DNA from: Eledone cirrhosa
Taxonomy: Eukaryota
Direction: 5' to 3'
Assembly (NCBI GenBank): GCA_964016885.1
Contig: OZ024744.1
Span: forward strand, 35,836,001 to 35,900,000
Length of the DNA: 64,000 nt
Part shown: piece by piece, positions 23,967 through 36,041 of the stretch
Numbering within the stretch: the stretch's first letter is position 1
Layout: every line of letters begins with the position of its first letter
Program-made: the position numbers and the translations under genes
Notes under the pieces: generated by a model
Databases searched by the model: none
Told to the model about the DNA's origin: nothing
What the model saw: the letters and a program-made list of their open reading frames with translations, nothing else

Positions 23967-24232
23967 TGTATATATATACATATATATATATATGTATATA
24001 TATACATATATATATATGTGTATACATATACATATATATAAATGGAAAAAAAGGAAATTTCAGTTCTCACTCTTAGTACGGCTGATACTTAAATATAAGT
24101 ATGTATAGGTACATACATATATGTATACAGACGTACAGTAGTATATATATATATATATATATACATACATGCACACATATATATATGTACGTATGGGTTT
24201 ACCGAACATTTATTATAATGCTCGGTTTGTTT

Positions 24233-24362
<130 letters not shown>

Positions 24363-24499
24363 TTGCCACCGACCAAGTAGGCAGTGATTTTTTTCAATGT
24401 CTTGGAATTTAGTCCACACTGGCTTTTTTCCATCCACTGAATTATTTTTGTATAAGTTCCCTGTGTCCACGCATCGCCTGGTAGCTTAGCTGAGAACGA

Positions 24500-24581
24500 A
24501 CTTCCTGATGACGAAAGGTTTCTCCGTGCTTTCCATTCGGAAACCATGTTTATTCCCTTTCAGAAACTAATTAGTTGGAGT
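24500..24581 (+). ncRNA. Type I hammerhead ribozyme with extended stem II
   Basis: Stem I ACTTC/GGAGT, CTGATGA at 24505, stem II GAAAGG/CCTTTC, GAAA at 24563, palindromic CTAATTAG stem III, GTT triplet. Confidence 0.7.
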
Positions 24582-24745
24582 GAAATTTTAGTAAGTAAGT
24601 TAATTTATATAATTTTCTTATTTTACGTCTTTCATATAATTGTTCTGCATCCCCTTGCATTGAACCATAAAGTTACTAAGACAAACCTATATATTTGCTA
24701 GCATAGGTATGCATCTGTATATATATGTTGGTAGATATACTAATT

Positions 24746-24861
<116 letters not shown>

Positions 24862-24870
24862 TTATTTATG

Positions 24871-25008
24871 TAATAAACAACATAAGATAATTATTTCACT
24901 TACCAGTGGTTTCTTGAAAGCAAACAAATTTGCTTTCAATCGTCAGCAAATTTGTTTGCTTTCAAGAAACCACTGGTAAATGAAATAATTATCTTATGTT
25001 GTTTATTA
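24871..25008. repeat. Foldback inverted repeat containing a minus-strand hammerhead core (24901-24946)
   Basis: Arms of about 63 bp. Minus strand reads CTGACGA-TTGAAAGCAA/TTGCTTTCAA-GAAA-CCACTGG-TA, without a matching 5' strand for stem I. Confidence 0.8.
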
Positions 25009-25075
25009 AATAACTAATAAGCTCTTTAACCCACATAGAGCACTCTTTTTCCTGTACCTTTCCGACGGAATTACT

Positions 25076-25130
<55 letters not shown>

Positions 25131-25250
25131 CACGCATATACGCATATATATATATATATATATATATGTATATGTATGTATATATATGCATATATGTATG
25201 TATATGTATGTATATATACATACACACACACACATATATATATATATATA

Positions 25251-25625
25251 TGTTAAAATAATAAAATAAAAATTCAAATCATTAGAAATATACTTCACTG
25301 CTTTACGATCGTTTCTAGGTGATGATAATACAGCGTAACCATACTTCGTTATAGATCTATGTAAGGTTATTACAAAATATCAGATAAGGAAAATATTTAC
25401 TTACATGTATATCACCAGCTGTTGTCAAAATTGCTTTTGACAACAGTTGGTGATATACATGTAAGTAAATATTTTCCTTATCTGATATTTTGTAACTAAC
25501 CTTACATAGATCTATAACGAAGTATGGTTACGATGTATTATGATCACCTAGAAACGGTCGTAAAGCAGTGAAGTATATTTCTAATGATTTGAATTTTCAT
25601 TTTATTTCATTGTTTTAACATATAT
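25251..25625. repeat. Long near-perfect palindrome (~185-bp arms, ~4-nt loop at about 25431)
   Basis: Reverse complementarity is directly visible. The right arm holds a decayed hammerhead-like motif. Confidence 0.88.
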
Positions 25626-25892
25626 CATGAGTCTGTTTTCCTGTCAATGTTTTATTGTTTTCCGGGATTTATTGTAACCTGCAACATTTTCAACATATGG
25701 ATTACATTGATTTCTTCATGCAGTCTAGACCCCACAACTTACCGTGGATATCTGTGTGTGTGTATATATATATATAATTAAAAAAAAAGAATTTTCGCTT
25801 TACAATTGTCGCTGAATGCAAGCCTCATTTTTAAAGCCATGTCAGTAGAATGAACCCTTCATTCTTGCTCTTTTGTTCGCATGTAAACAGAA

Positions 25893-25936
25893 CTGTAGAC
25901 ACTAATGTTTCTGGGTATCACCCTTCATCAGTACAG
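25893..25936 (-). ncRNA. Minimal type I hammerhead ribozyme
   Basis: Minus strand: CTGTA CTGATGA A GGGT GAT ACCC A GAAA CATTAGTG TC TACAG, with a GTC triplet. Confidence 0.82.
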
Positions 25937-25998
25937 CTCACTGTTCACCAGCCAAACTGTCAGAGCTAGTGAAAATATATGCTATTTTCTAAAATATA

Positions 25999-26112
25999 CA
26001 GTGATTGATCGGCCTGATTTGCATATTAGCAGGCTGGCTGATCAGTCAGATCTGCATATTAGCAGATCAGTGGATCTGCTGCTAATATGCAGATCTGACT
26101 GATCAGCCACTG
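25999..26112. mobile_element. Small palindromic MITE-like element (TA-CAGTG...CACTG-TA)
   Basis: Tc1/mariner-like CAGTG ends with TA flanks. Internal direct and inverted TGCATATTAGCAG motifs. Confidence 0.5.
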
Positions 26113-26302
26113 TATATTTTTTCTAGTAAGTAATAGATATTAAGAATACACGTAGTTTTCTGAGACATTTCTCGTTGTTTGAAATAGATTTGATAGCTGA
26201 AGTATTCCCGAACACCAAATAGTTTCAGTGCTCCAGTCCCCCCCCCCCCCCAGACACAAGTACTGGCATACACACTGGCATACACACACTCTTTTATATA
26301 TA

Positions 26303-29300
26303 TATATAGTAATAATAATAAATTTGAAGACTAAAATCCAAAGAGGGCTCGATAAGGATAAATATATATCAAATATATAAGAACCGTAGAGCAAATATTT
26401 ATTAAAATAACAGATTAAATTTTAAGCAAAGAATCGCTGCTTTCACCCTTAACGGGATCTTCTGAAACTAAAAAAATCAATCTATAAATATTTCGAAAAA
26501 GGTTGCAACCGAAGGAAAACAGGAAGACGATACTTTGGTTCGTGAAGACGTTCCCTGGCAATGAACGGAAAAAAGCGAAGATAATACGTCGTTATGTGGA
26601 TAGGTGAGTACTATTACACGCAAAGACAAAACCACGTTTATGGTATAAATGAAGTCGTAGACTAATATTCTATTTAATAAACCAAATGATTCTCGATTTC
26701 AGAGTTAAGGATAATGTAAATAAATTAGTAGAACGAAAATGACAGAGGTTATTAAAATAAATAATAATTAAATATATACATACACGCATCCATATACGTA
26801 CATACACGTGCAAACGCGAAAACGCTCGCCATGTATGCATAAACATGCATGAACACACATTCTTTTCTTAACCCTTTAAGAAGGAATATGACGTCACTTT
26901 CAGTTTATATCTGGAGTCTAAAAGACAACCACACCCAATATAGGCGCACACATACGAACGTATACACCAAATACACATTAAAAAAAAAATGTGTGTATGT
27001 GTGTATACATATAATTATATACACGTATATAAATATACACACATAAATACGTATATAGCGCACGCACACACATACCATCAAGTAAATACACATATGTTCA
27101 CTAAATGTACGTCAACCAAAAGACAATGTACACAAATACACACCTTAGATACTTACAAACACGCATACACGCATACACACACAAACACAAAATACACATA
27201 TACGTATAACCAGTATACATATACCAGTATACATAATATAATATATACACCTATAACAAATACAAGCATATATACGTACGAGAAAGCATACGTACCTTCA
27301 CAAAACATACAGGTAAAATATACTTACCTATACAAATAAGTAATGGTATAAACATAAAATATACTTAGCTACCACATCAAGACGTAAATTATCCGCGTAT
27401 TGTTCATACTATCCGTTAGGGTATAATGTGGGGCTGTGATACAGGAAAGTTTTATGCAATTTATGTTTGCAAGCCGAAAATGCCTCAGAGTTTTTGTTTA
27501 AGATGTGGTCCTTGGCGTAGAGTATTTCCAGGGCTTCAGCGGCGCAAAGATCGCATGGTCTTTTATTTCCGTTATACGATATAGCCTTAGCTAGGATCTC
27601 CCAGTGTAACCTATATTGTGTGTGGTTGTCTTTTAGACTCCAGATACAAACTGAAAGTGACGTCATATTCCTTCTTAAAGGGTTAAGAAAAGAACGGGTG
27701 TGCATGTAAAGACGCTGCTTGAGTCTATTGGCGGTTAACCCTACGTGGGCCCTACGGGACGTGGGTGTTTCGACCTTACATTTGTAGACAATGTTACTGG
27801 AGAGGCATTTCCCGGATAGAGGACAGTCAACCCGATTCCTACAATTACAGTTAGTACTAGCTACATAGCTGCACGTGTTACTACGGCTAGGTAATTTAGA
27901 TAAATTTGAAGCTGTGATGTTATGTGCAAGGTTAGGAGTTGTAGAATAAGATATTTTAATGGTATTTCTATTAAAAATGTTATTATATTTATGTGCTGAG
28001 GGGAAATGCTTCTTAATAAGGGAGAGAAAGATCTTAGTTAATGGTGTGGCCACCTCCATATTATATAGTGGGTTATACCATATAATGCGTCGGGATCTAT
28101 TTTTCCTTGGTCTATGCTCATACTTAGTATATGATAGGTTATCGACAAATCCACTCCGAGCAAGAGCTTCACTGTAATATGTCGAATGGTCGGTGAAAAT
28201 ATACTCGCTTTTAGATAGACGGGAAAGCCTCAAAGAGACGTTTCGTACCAGGTTCTTGGTTATTCTGGCAGAATGGTTAGAATGCTTACTTATGTTATTA
28301 AGCGTAGCATTCGGCTTTCTATACGGGTAGTGCAAGGCATTGGACAAATTGAAGGTAACGTCGAGGTAATTAACGATCGAGTGGTTGGCCTAAACCTGTA
28401 TGGAGAGGTTGTAGCCTTTAAAGAAGGCTGTGAGTTCTTTTCTGAACCTGTCGCAAGTGGTACAAACCACCGCCCTCATTGGGGAATTCTTCCCTGATAG
28501 AGAAAAGAAGGAAAAGGCCGATAAGATCAATAACCTCCGCAGAATCGCTGGCGCCTATACTCACGTCGAATGGGATACTATTAGATTTTTTAATCCAAAT
28601 AGAGTCGTCGAAATAAATCACCGACTTACGGGAATTAAGGATGACATCAACTTCGAAATCCTGTGAGTGTTTTAGCGAAATTGATAGCTCTAAGGAGAAG
28701 TGGTAAAGTGATGGAGGAGTAGTAATTATTGATGTCGAATTGGATAAAACGGCAATGTTCCTTGTTGCATATGCCATTGAACCAATCAATCACCGCGAAA
28801 GAATTATTCCACAGTGCAAGAGGGGCCAAACTTCTAATTTCAGGTATAATTCTATCTAAAATCCTTTTACTAAGTCTACCTAAATCGGACTTCGTAGGGT
28901 TAATAAGCCGAATAGAGGGGTTGTTGGCTAAATTGGGTTTGTGATCCACCAGGGAAAAGGGGTGAGAAATAGGCTTTAGAGGTTCTGTCTGGTCCTGGAT
29001 GTTGAGTTCGGAAGTGTTTTTAAACCCAGCATCGTTGATTTCATTAATCACAGTCCGATTAGTTTTACGGTAATCCTTAGTTACAGCATAATGTAGCAGT
29101 TGATGGTAAGTACTGCGCTCCACTTGACATAGATTGCCAGTTTTGTCGGAGTGGACGTGCACGGCATTAGAATCCTTAATAGAACGAATTCTATTCTTCA
29201 GGTCCTGCTGGAAGGAATTGCTCCTATTCCGAAATTTGATACTCCGTATGAGTTCCGAGACATCATTTTCGAAGGTAGCAATGGTGCGTAATTCGAAGGG

Positions 29301-29565
29301 TTATTATAATAAGTTTTAAACCCAAATTTATCCTGTTTATTGTCCGCTTTTTCCTGATTATCGAAATAAAAGGCACGCCAACGCAACCTCTTAATGAACG
29401 AGTCCGTTTTCTGTATCAGGAGATTACGGTATGTCTTCCTGCTTGGTACGGGTATGTTGTTTGTAGAAATATTCAGATGTTGTTTCTGCATGATGAATAT
29501 AAGTCAATAGAGTGCTCAACCGAGGGAGCCAAATATTGATATAGGCATATATATAGATGTATATA

Positions 29566-29617
<52 letters not shown>

Positions 29618-29785
29618 TGGTAATAATAATAAATTTGAAGACTAAAATCCAAAGAGGGCTCGATAAGGTTAAATATATATCAAATATATAAGAACCGTAG
29701 AGCAAATATTTATTAAAATACAGATTAAGGGTGAAAGCAGCGATTCTTTGCTTAAACTTTAATCTGTTATTTTAATAAATATATA
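26303..29785 (-). mobile_element. Near full-length Penelope-like element (possibly Hydra clade) with direct pseudo-LTRs and an inverted terminal piece
   Basis: Direct repeat 26303-26418 / 29615-29727, inverted pLTR piece 29725-29782, internal RT and GIY-YIG ORF remnants. Confidence 0.85.
27409..29491 (-). pseudogene. PLE reverse transcriptase with C-terminal GIY-YIG endonuclease, fragmented
   Basis: Motifs RLINPTKSDLG, FIQFDINNYYSSI, FDVSIGASDSAEV, GGGLY, YRKPN, IIWYNP, CNCR..CPL..C, NIVYKC..HVGLT, CDLC..E. Confidence 0.85.
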
Positions 29786-29845
29786 TATATATACATATAC
29801 AATAATATTAAATAAATGGAAACTATATTTATAAAACCATATTTA

Positions 29846-29903
29846 TTTTATTATATATATTTCAAGGGTACCAAGACACTTGATACACTTTCATTAGATA
29901 AAA
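29846..29903 (-). ncRNA. Decayed hammerhead, paralog of the 17690 motif
   Basis: TTTTAT CTAATGA (core G>A) ... GAAA TATATATA ATAAAA. Flanks are homologous to 54300-54470. Confidence 0.55.
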
Positions 29904-30068
29904 TACAAAGTTTGTTTTATAAATAGAGACATACCCATGAAAATCATACCTTATCGGTTGGAAATTTCCAACCGATAAGGTAAACAAAAGAAGAAACCCT
30001 GCATCAGCTGTTAACTGCGATCATCGATGTTTATATATATATATCCAAGGTATCAAAATATATATCGA

Positions 30069-30180
30069 TCCAAGGTATCACAATCCACTGCCACTGGAAA
30101 TTATCTATTAACCAACCTAATTAAAGGAACCGATATATTTAGATCTTATTAGCTATCCAATTCGAAATATATATATATAA

Positions 30181-30236
<56 letters not shown>

Positions 30237-30350
30237 TTATATATATATATTTCGAATTGGATAGCTAATAAGATCTAAATATATCGGTTGCTTTAATTAG
30301 GTTGGTTAATAGATAATTTCCAGTGGCAGTGGATTGTGATACCTTGGATC
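30069..30350. repeat. Inverted repeat (~105-bp arms) around a (TA)n spacer
   Basis: 30069-30175 is the reverse complement of 30245-30350. Confidence 0.85.
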
Positions 30351-30485
30351 AGCCAGGGGCAAGGGAATTATCTCGTTTGCAAGCATTCTATAACCATGGC
30401 TGAAAAACGAAGCAACAATAATATCACCTTGCTGCGGGAATCTCCGAGTACCTAGGAAGATATATGCCAGGTATTTTATGTAATA

Positions 30486-30606
<121 letters not shown>

Positions 30607-30711
30607 CGTTTAAATTTGGTGGTTTATCACTGGGGAGAATTGATCATTCTGCAATGTTAATCATGACGTGTTATGAGAAATGCACTCGACGTTATGCAAC
30701 TCATCCATTTA

Positions 30712-31744
30712 TATACCAGATAGAAAAATGCGTACAGCAAAAAAAAGTAATATTGTTGCAATATAAACCTTTAAAAATACAGGACAAGAAACTAAAATAA
30801 AACTTTAAAAGAATAGGACAAGAAACTAAGATAAAACTTTAAAGAATTGGACAAGAAATAAAAAAATTTACAATAATATTAGTGGCAAAATATTTATTGG
30901 TAAAAAATCGAGTTCCACATTCATAGGCTCTGGGTTCCATATTCAGAGGTCGTCGTCAGACCGGGGGGATCATTTGATCCTGGTTTGAACACCAATTGGG
31001 CCATAACCATACCCCTATTTCATCATTCGTCGACACGCCTCATGTGTCATGCATAATGTGAATGGACCCATGGGCCCATGAGCACAGATCTTGAGCAGCA
31101 GCGGACGGTCTTGTCGTTCCGCCCATCCTTGATCTTGACCAACCCGTCCATCTTCTCCTTGCATCTTGTCCTTGAGTTCAAGTCCGGCAGTCCAGATGAA
31201 TGCGTGCCACAGCTTTCTGGTACAGGAAGGGGGAGCAGGAGGACTGGAGGGATGACGGGACAGAGGGAGGGAGGACCGGTGGTTGAGGGAGGTGTCGTAG
31301 TCGGTGGTCAGAGTCGACATCTTGTCCCGGTCGTCTTCTCCATCTTCGTCTGGTGTTGCGGGACCAGAAGTGCATTCTTGGAGGATACCTGCAGCTGCAT
31401 CGGCCAATTCTTCTTGCACTGGTCATTCTGACGGAGCAGAACTGCTCAGCCAACCAACCCCAACCAGAACCAACCGCTCAGGGGCAACGCACAATGAGAG
31501 CATGACAATTATTATGCACTAATCAAGAAGATACTGGGGCATAGCACAGGAAACGAATAAAAAAATTTTGCCACTAATATTATTGTAACATTTTTTATTT
31601 CTTGTCCAATTCTTTAAAGTTTTATCTTAGTTTCTTGTCCTATGCTTTTAAAGTTTTATTTTAGTTTCTTGTCCTGTATTTTTAAAGGTTTATATTCCAA
31701 CAATATTACTTTTTTTTGCTGTACGCATTTTTCTATCTGGTCTA
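30712..31744. mobile_element. Non-autonomous element with ~185-bp terminal inverted repeats enclosing a GC-rich insert
   Basis: 30712-30895 is the reverse complement of 31563-31744. The TIRs carry three GGACAAGAAA sub-repeats. Confidence 0.75.
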
Positions 31745-32200
31745 CTATTTTTTAAGGCAATGCAAGCAATAACTATCTAATAATTAAATGATCATAGTGA
31801 ATTACTGACAAGTGATTGACATTTTAAAGTTCTTTTGAGTATAATTGCAATCTAGTTGAGGTAACTGGCTTAATGACAAAGCTAGTAAATCATGAATGCA
31901 TTTGAGATGATTAGTGCATAATAGTGAATTGGTGAAACTTGTGCATTTCAATGGTGTTACGGATAAAAACTGATACTGCTGTCTACGACCTTTATATAGG
32001 ATTGTCATGTTTCTCTGTATCTGCAATGTGGGTATACAAAATAAGAATTATGATATTAACTTTTATTTAAAATCCCCCAAAATGCTGTGCATGAAAACTT
32101 CAAAAAGTTGCTCATACTAATTTTGTAAAAGATTTCAAGCCAATAATCAGAATGATCTGGTATAATTTTTATGCAGATAAATGACTAATTAGTATAAAGG

Positions 32201-32260
32201 GCCATCCAGATATCATGTGGACACCGCGAACCAAAAATGGTCACATGATATCTGGATGGC
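32201..32260. repeat. Hairpin with perfect 19-bp arms (possible tiny MITE)
   Basis: GCCATCCAGATATCATGTG ... CACATGATATCTGGATGGC. Confidence 0.7.
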
Positions 32261-33029
32261 TACTAAGCATCCCCTCCACATGGCGGGGACATGGGTCATC
32301 ATCGTGGAGCACTCACCTATTTTTAAAATATTAGACTATGATAAATGAGTTTAGTTAAAAATACAATTTGAAATATATTAAATAATAGAGAGAGACTCGT
32401 AATTACCTCCCCTTGTAATTACCTCGTAATTACCTCCCCTAGCGTCACGCTTACTACTTACTCACTTGAACACAAGATTTATCAGCAAACTTTGATTATA
32501 AACTTTTTCCCGCTGGACCAAATTTCTAGATTTTTAAGCCAAAAGATGCGTAATGATCTACTGTTCATGCTCATATAAGTTTTATCTCAGTTAAATAAAG
32601 TAGAGCCGCGCTGTACTGTCGTAAACAGACGATTGCCAACGAAAACACGACCACAACAATATTACTAAACGGACTACCGTCCGTTTAGGATATAAATCTG
32701 TGTGTAAGTGATTTACGTTTTACGTGTCTCCCCCCCTCCTCTCTCTCTCTCCCTCGCTTTGTCCTTCTCTTTATATCTATCTATCTACACTCTCCACACA
32801 CACACACACGTGTGTGAGTATGTATTTAAGCTTTACATGTAATTTATTGCATTTCGTTCTATCGTATTTGAAACGTTATTTATTTATTAATTATTCATTT
32901 ACTTATTTATTTATTTATTTATTTATTTATTGAGATCGCAGAAAACTTTCGTGTAAGCAACTATGCAACTGCTTAATTGCAACTGCACATTCTAGCATTG
33001 ATATTTGCACAACAGCTGAACCAAAAATA

Positions 33030-33299
33030 GAAGAAGAAGAAGAAGAAGAAGAAGAAGAAGAAGAAGAAGAAGAAGAAGAAGAAGAAGAAGAAGAAGAAGA
33101 AGAAGAAGAAGAAGAAGAAGAATGGAAGAAAAATAAATGTGAATAATAAGAAAAAGAAACAGAGGAGAAGAGGGGAAAAAATAAGATACAACTCAACCGC
33201 TACTTTAATTCTTCCATTGAATGAAGAGAAAAAAACCAAACCAAAAAAAAACCCAGAAGCGAAACATAAAACAACAACAAGAACAACAACCCACAACGG

Positions 33300-33357
<58 letters not shown>
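33030..33357. repeat. (GAA)n and (CAA)n microsatellites
   Basis: Read directly at 33030-33122 and 33301-33357. Confidence 0.95.
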
Positions 33358-33540
33358 ACACAATAAAAACAATAAAAAACAAACAAACAGGTGAAGTGAA
33401 ATAAATTCAAACACTCAACATCTCTAGTTAATGATGATTCTAGTTAAATTTAGAATCTACGTTATTCGTCTGATTACCAAGAGTTTTTCTGTAAATGTTA
33501 ACCAGTGTATTTATGTTAACGTATATTTTATTTGCTTTAC

Positions 33541-36040
33541 ATGTATGTAAGTATGTATGTATGTATGTTCTTCTGGTTTTATAATTTCACAAATCTTTGC
33601 CAATAGAGAGAGAGGCGGTTTCTAACATAGACACAAGACTCTCTCATTGGAATTTACACAACATCAACTAGGTAGATTATGTATGCATGTCTGCATGCAT
33701 GTGTAGATATGAATGTTATTGTATGTGTGGATGTGTATGCTTTGAGTTGTATATGCTTAGTATCTGTACATGTGTATATGCAGTTATTAGATGCAAAGGT
33801 TTTGGAATGTTTTACATATTTTTACTGTTTCATTAATGGATTGTACTCGTAATTTCCTAACTAGTTGTGTTCTTTCTGTTCCTGTGAAGCCCAGCTTCTC
33901 AAGATTTGTATTTAGGCAGTTACTAATATATATAAGTGTCTCAATAAACACAGGTATAAATCTGAAGGTATTGTCAGGGTGGAGTATCTGTAGATTTCTC
34001 ATCAGTTCTGCATACATATTCTCCTTTTCGCTAATCTTTGATGTTATATTGGCATCTGCTAGGCAGCTAATTTCCACTACTGTGCATGCTTTCTTCTCCC
34101 TGTGCCATATCATAATATCTGGTCTGTTATGCCTGTATTTTATTGGGGGTTTTACTGGAACATTCCACCAGTTCTCTTTCATATTATGTCTTCCACATTG
34201 CTGTAGCTTTTAATGTGTTTATTATCGGGGCTATCTTTTCTACGGATTGCATTGTACAATGTTTTGGCCACTACTATATGCCTCATCAGTAGATAGTACC
34301 GCGATGACATCTTTGGACAGCTACTTATGACATGGGTGACATCTTCGATGTTAATTCCTCAGAGTGTGCACTTGTTATCACATCTAGGTGTTTTGCCTGC
34401 ATCCCTATCTCTTTTGTGAATCAGGTTTTTCGTGTTGATTTCCTATTCTTGGATTGCAAAAGCGTATCCTTCAAAGTGGGAGCCAATATAGGGGTTGTTG
34501 GTCCAAGATAGACTACTTTCCTTATCTATATTACTCTCATTCTGGAGCTTCCTGGCAACATATCCATGCATGATTTTTTGCTGATAAGCATGCAGTTTTT
34601 CATTCATTGATTCATTGCGATAATGGTGAGCGACTTCCCTGGGTGTGAGTTTTTGATTATCACACAGGGAATATCTCTCGAGGATTTCCTTCAGATCTCA
34701 TGATCTTATCAGCAAATAGACTTGCTCCTACGCTTTCAGGTTCGCAGATGTCGGATGTATATGATGCGACATTCAAATGCTGTTTGGACTGATGTTAGGT
34801 CTCTGCCTCCCTGCTTACGTTTCAAGTAAAGGCGGTCTATGTCACTGTTGATGTGGAAGTTTCTGGTGGTGTTTAGTATATTTCGAGTTCCAAAATCAAC
34901 TGCTCGGATTTCGTCTATCGTCCAATTGAGTATTCCAAACGTTCGTGTTAGGACAGGCACAGCAAACACATTGTGAGCCACTGTTTTGTTTTGCGCAGAG
35001 AGTTCCGATGACCAGATCTTTCTTAATCGGGTGTAGTATTCCCTGGTTACGCATTCCTTATTACAGATCGCATTATAGGATATGTTCTCATCTATCCCCA
35101 GGTATCTGTAGCAGTCCTCATCAGATATCGGTGAAACAGTTAGGCCATTGATACAAATGTTGCTAGATTGGGTTGTTGTTTTTCCCCGCTTTACATTCAT
35201 GTATGAGTATTTATCTTGGCCAAACTCCATTCCTATATCCTTTGAGAATGTTGTAACCAGGTCAATATTTTTCATCCACAAACAAATTTCTGTCCTCCTG
35301 TGAGCCAATGATGTATCCTTCACATTTCTTGAGCAGAAAAGACAGGGGATTAATGACAGGATGAATAATATCACAGAGAGATGTCTCCCTGAAATATACC
35401 TCTGCGATATTTTATTTTATCAGTGAAAATAGAGTCCTCCTTTCTCTCTTTAACTTTAGGATAGTAGCCCAAGAAGAAGACAGTCACTCCATGGCTCTGA
35501 TAATAATGTCTGGGACTTTAGCAAGTCGGAGGGCCTCTATCATCCAATAGTGGGGAACAGAATCGAAAGCTTTCTTGTAGTCCAGCCAGACTGTAGCCAT
35601 ATTCCTCCTAAGTTGTCGCACCTCCGACATCGCAGTTTTGTTGATTTTTGTTCAGCACATCCCCAAACCCCTTTCTTTCCAGCTGCTTGTTCATCTGTGA
35701 TTATGTTACTATTTTAACAGTGATCTTGGAGGAATAGGTTCAGAGAGGCTGTATACATCTTAAACATCAGGTTCAGGCATGCAATGGGTCGGTAGTTTTT
35801 TGCCAAATGGGTGTCTTTGCTCTTGGGGACCAGTAATGTTTGTGCTAATGTCAACCATTCTAGTATAAGTGAATCTTCCTCAAGAACTTGTTGGTAGAGG
35901 TCAGTAAGATACCTCCGATAGAATATCAGTCTATTTTCCAGTAGCCGACAATCATGTCTCCTCCTGGTGTTTTCTTATCTTGGAGTTTTCTTATCACAGA
36001 CTCAAGGAAACCCTCACTTATTTCGTATGTTTTTGTTGTA
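33541..36040 (-). mobile_element. R4/Dong-clade RLE retrotransposon, family X, 5'-truncated
   Basis: Homologous to 45120-47700. RT remnants, RPDIMIW..VVEIS RLE motif, (ACAT)n tail on the element strand. Confidence 0.88.
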
Positions 36041-36041
36041 C

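Noticed and set aside
32973-33414. Poly-C/F/Q/V ORFs
   Set aside because: Products of (GAA)n and (CAA)n microsatellites.
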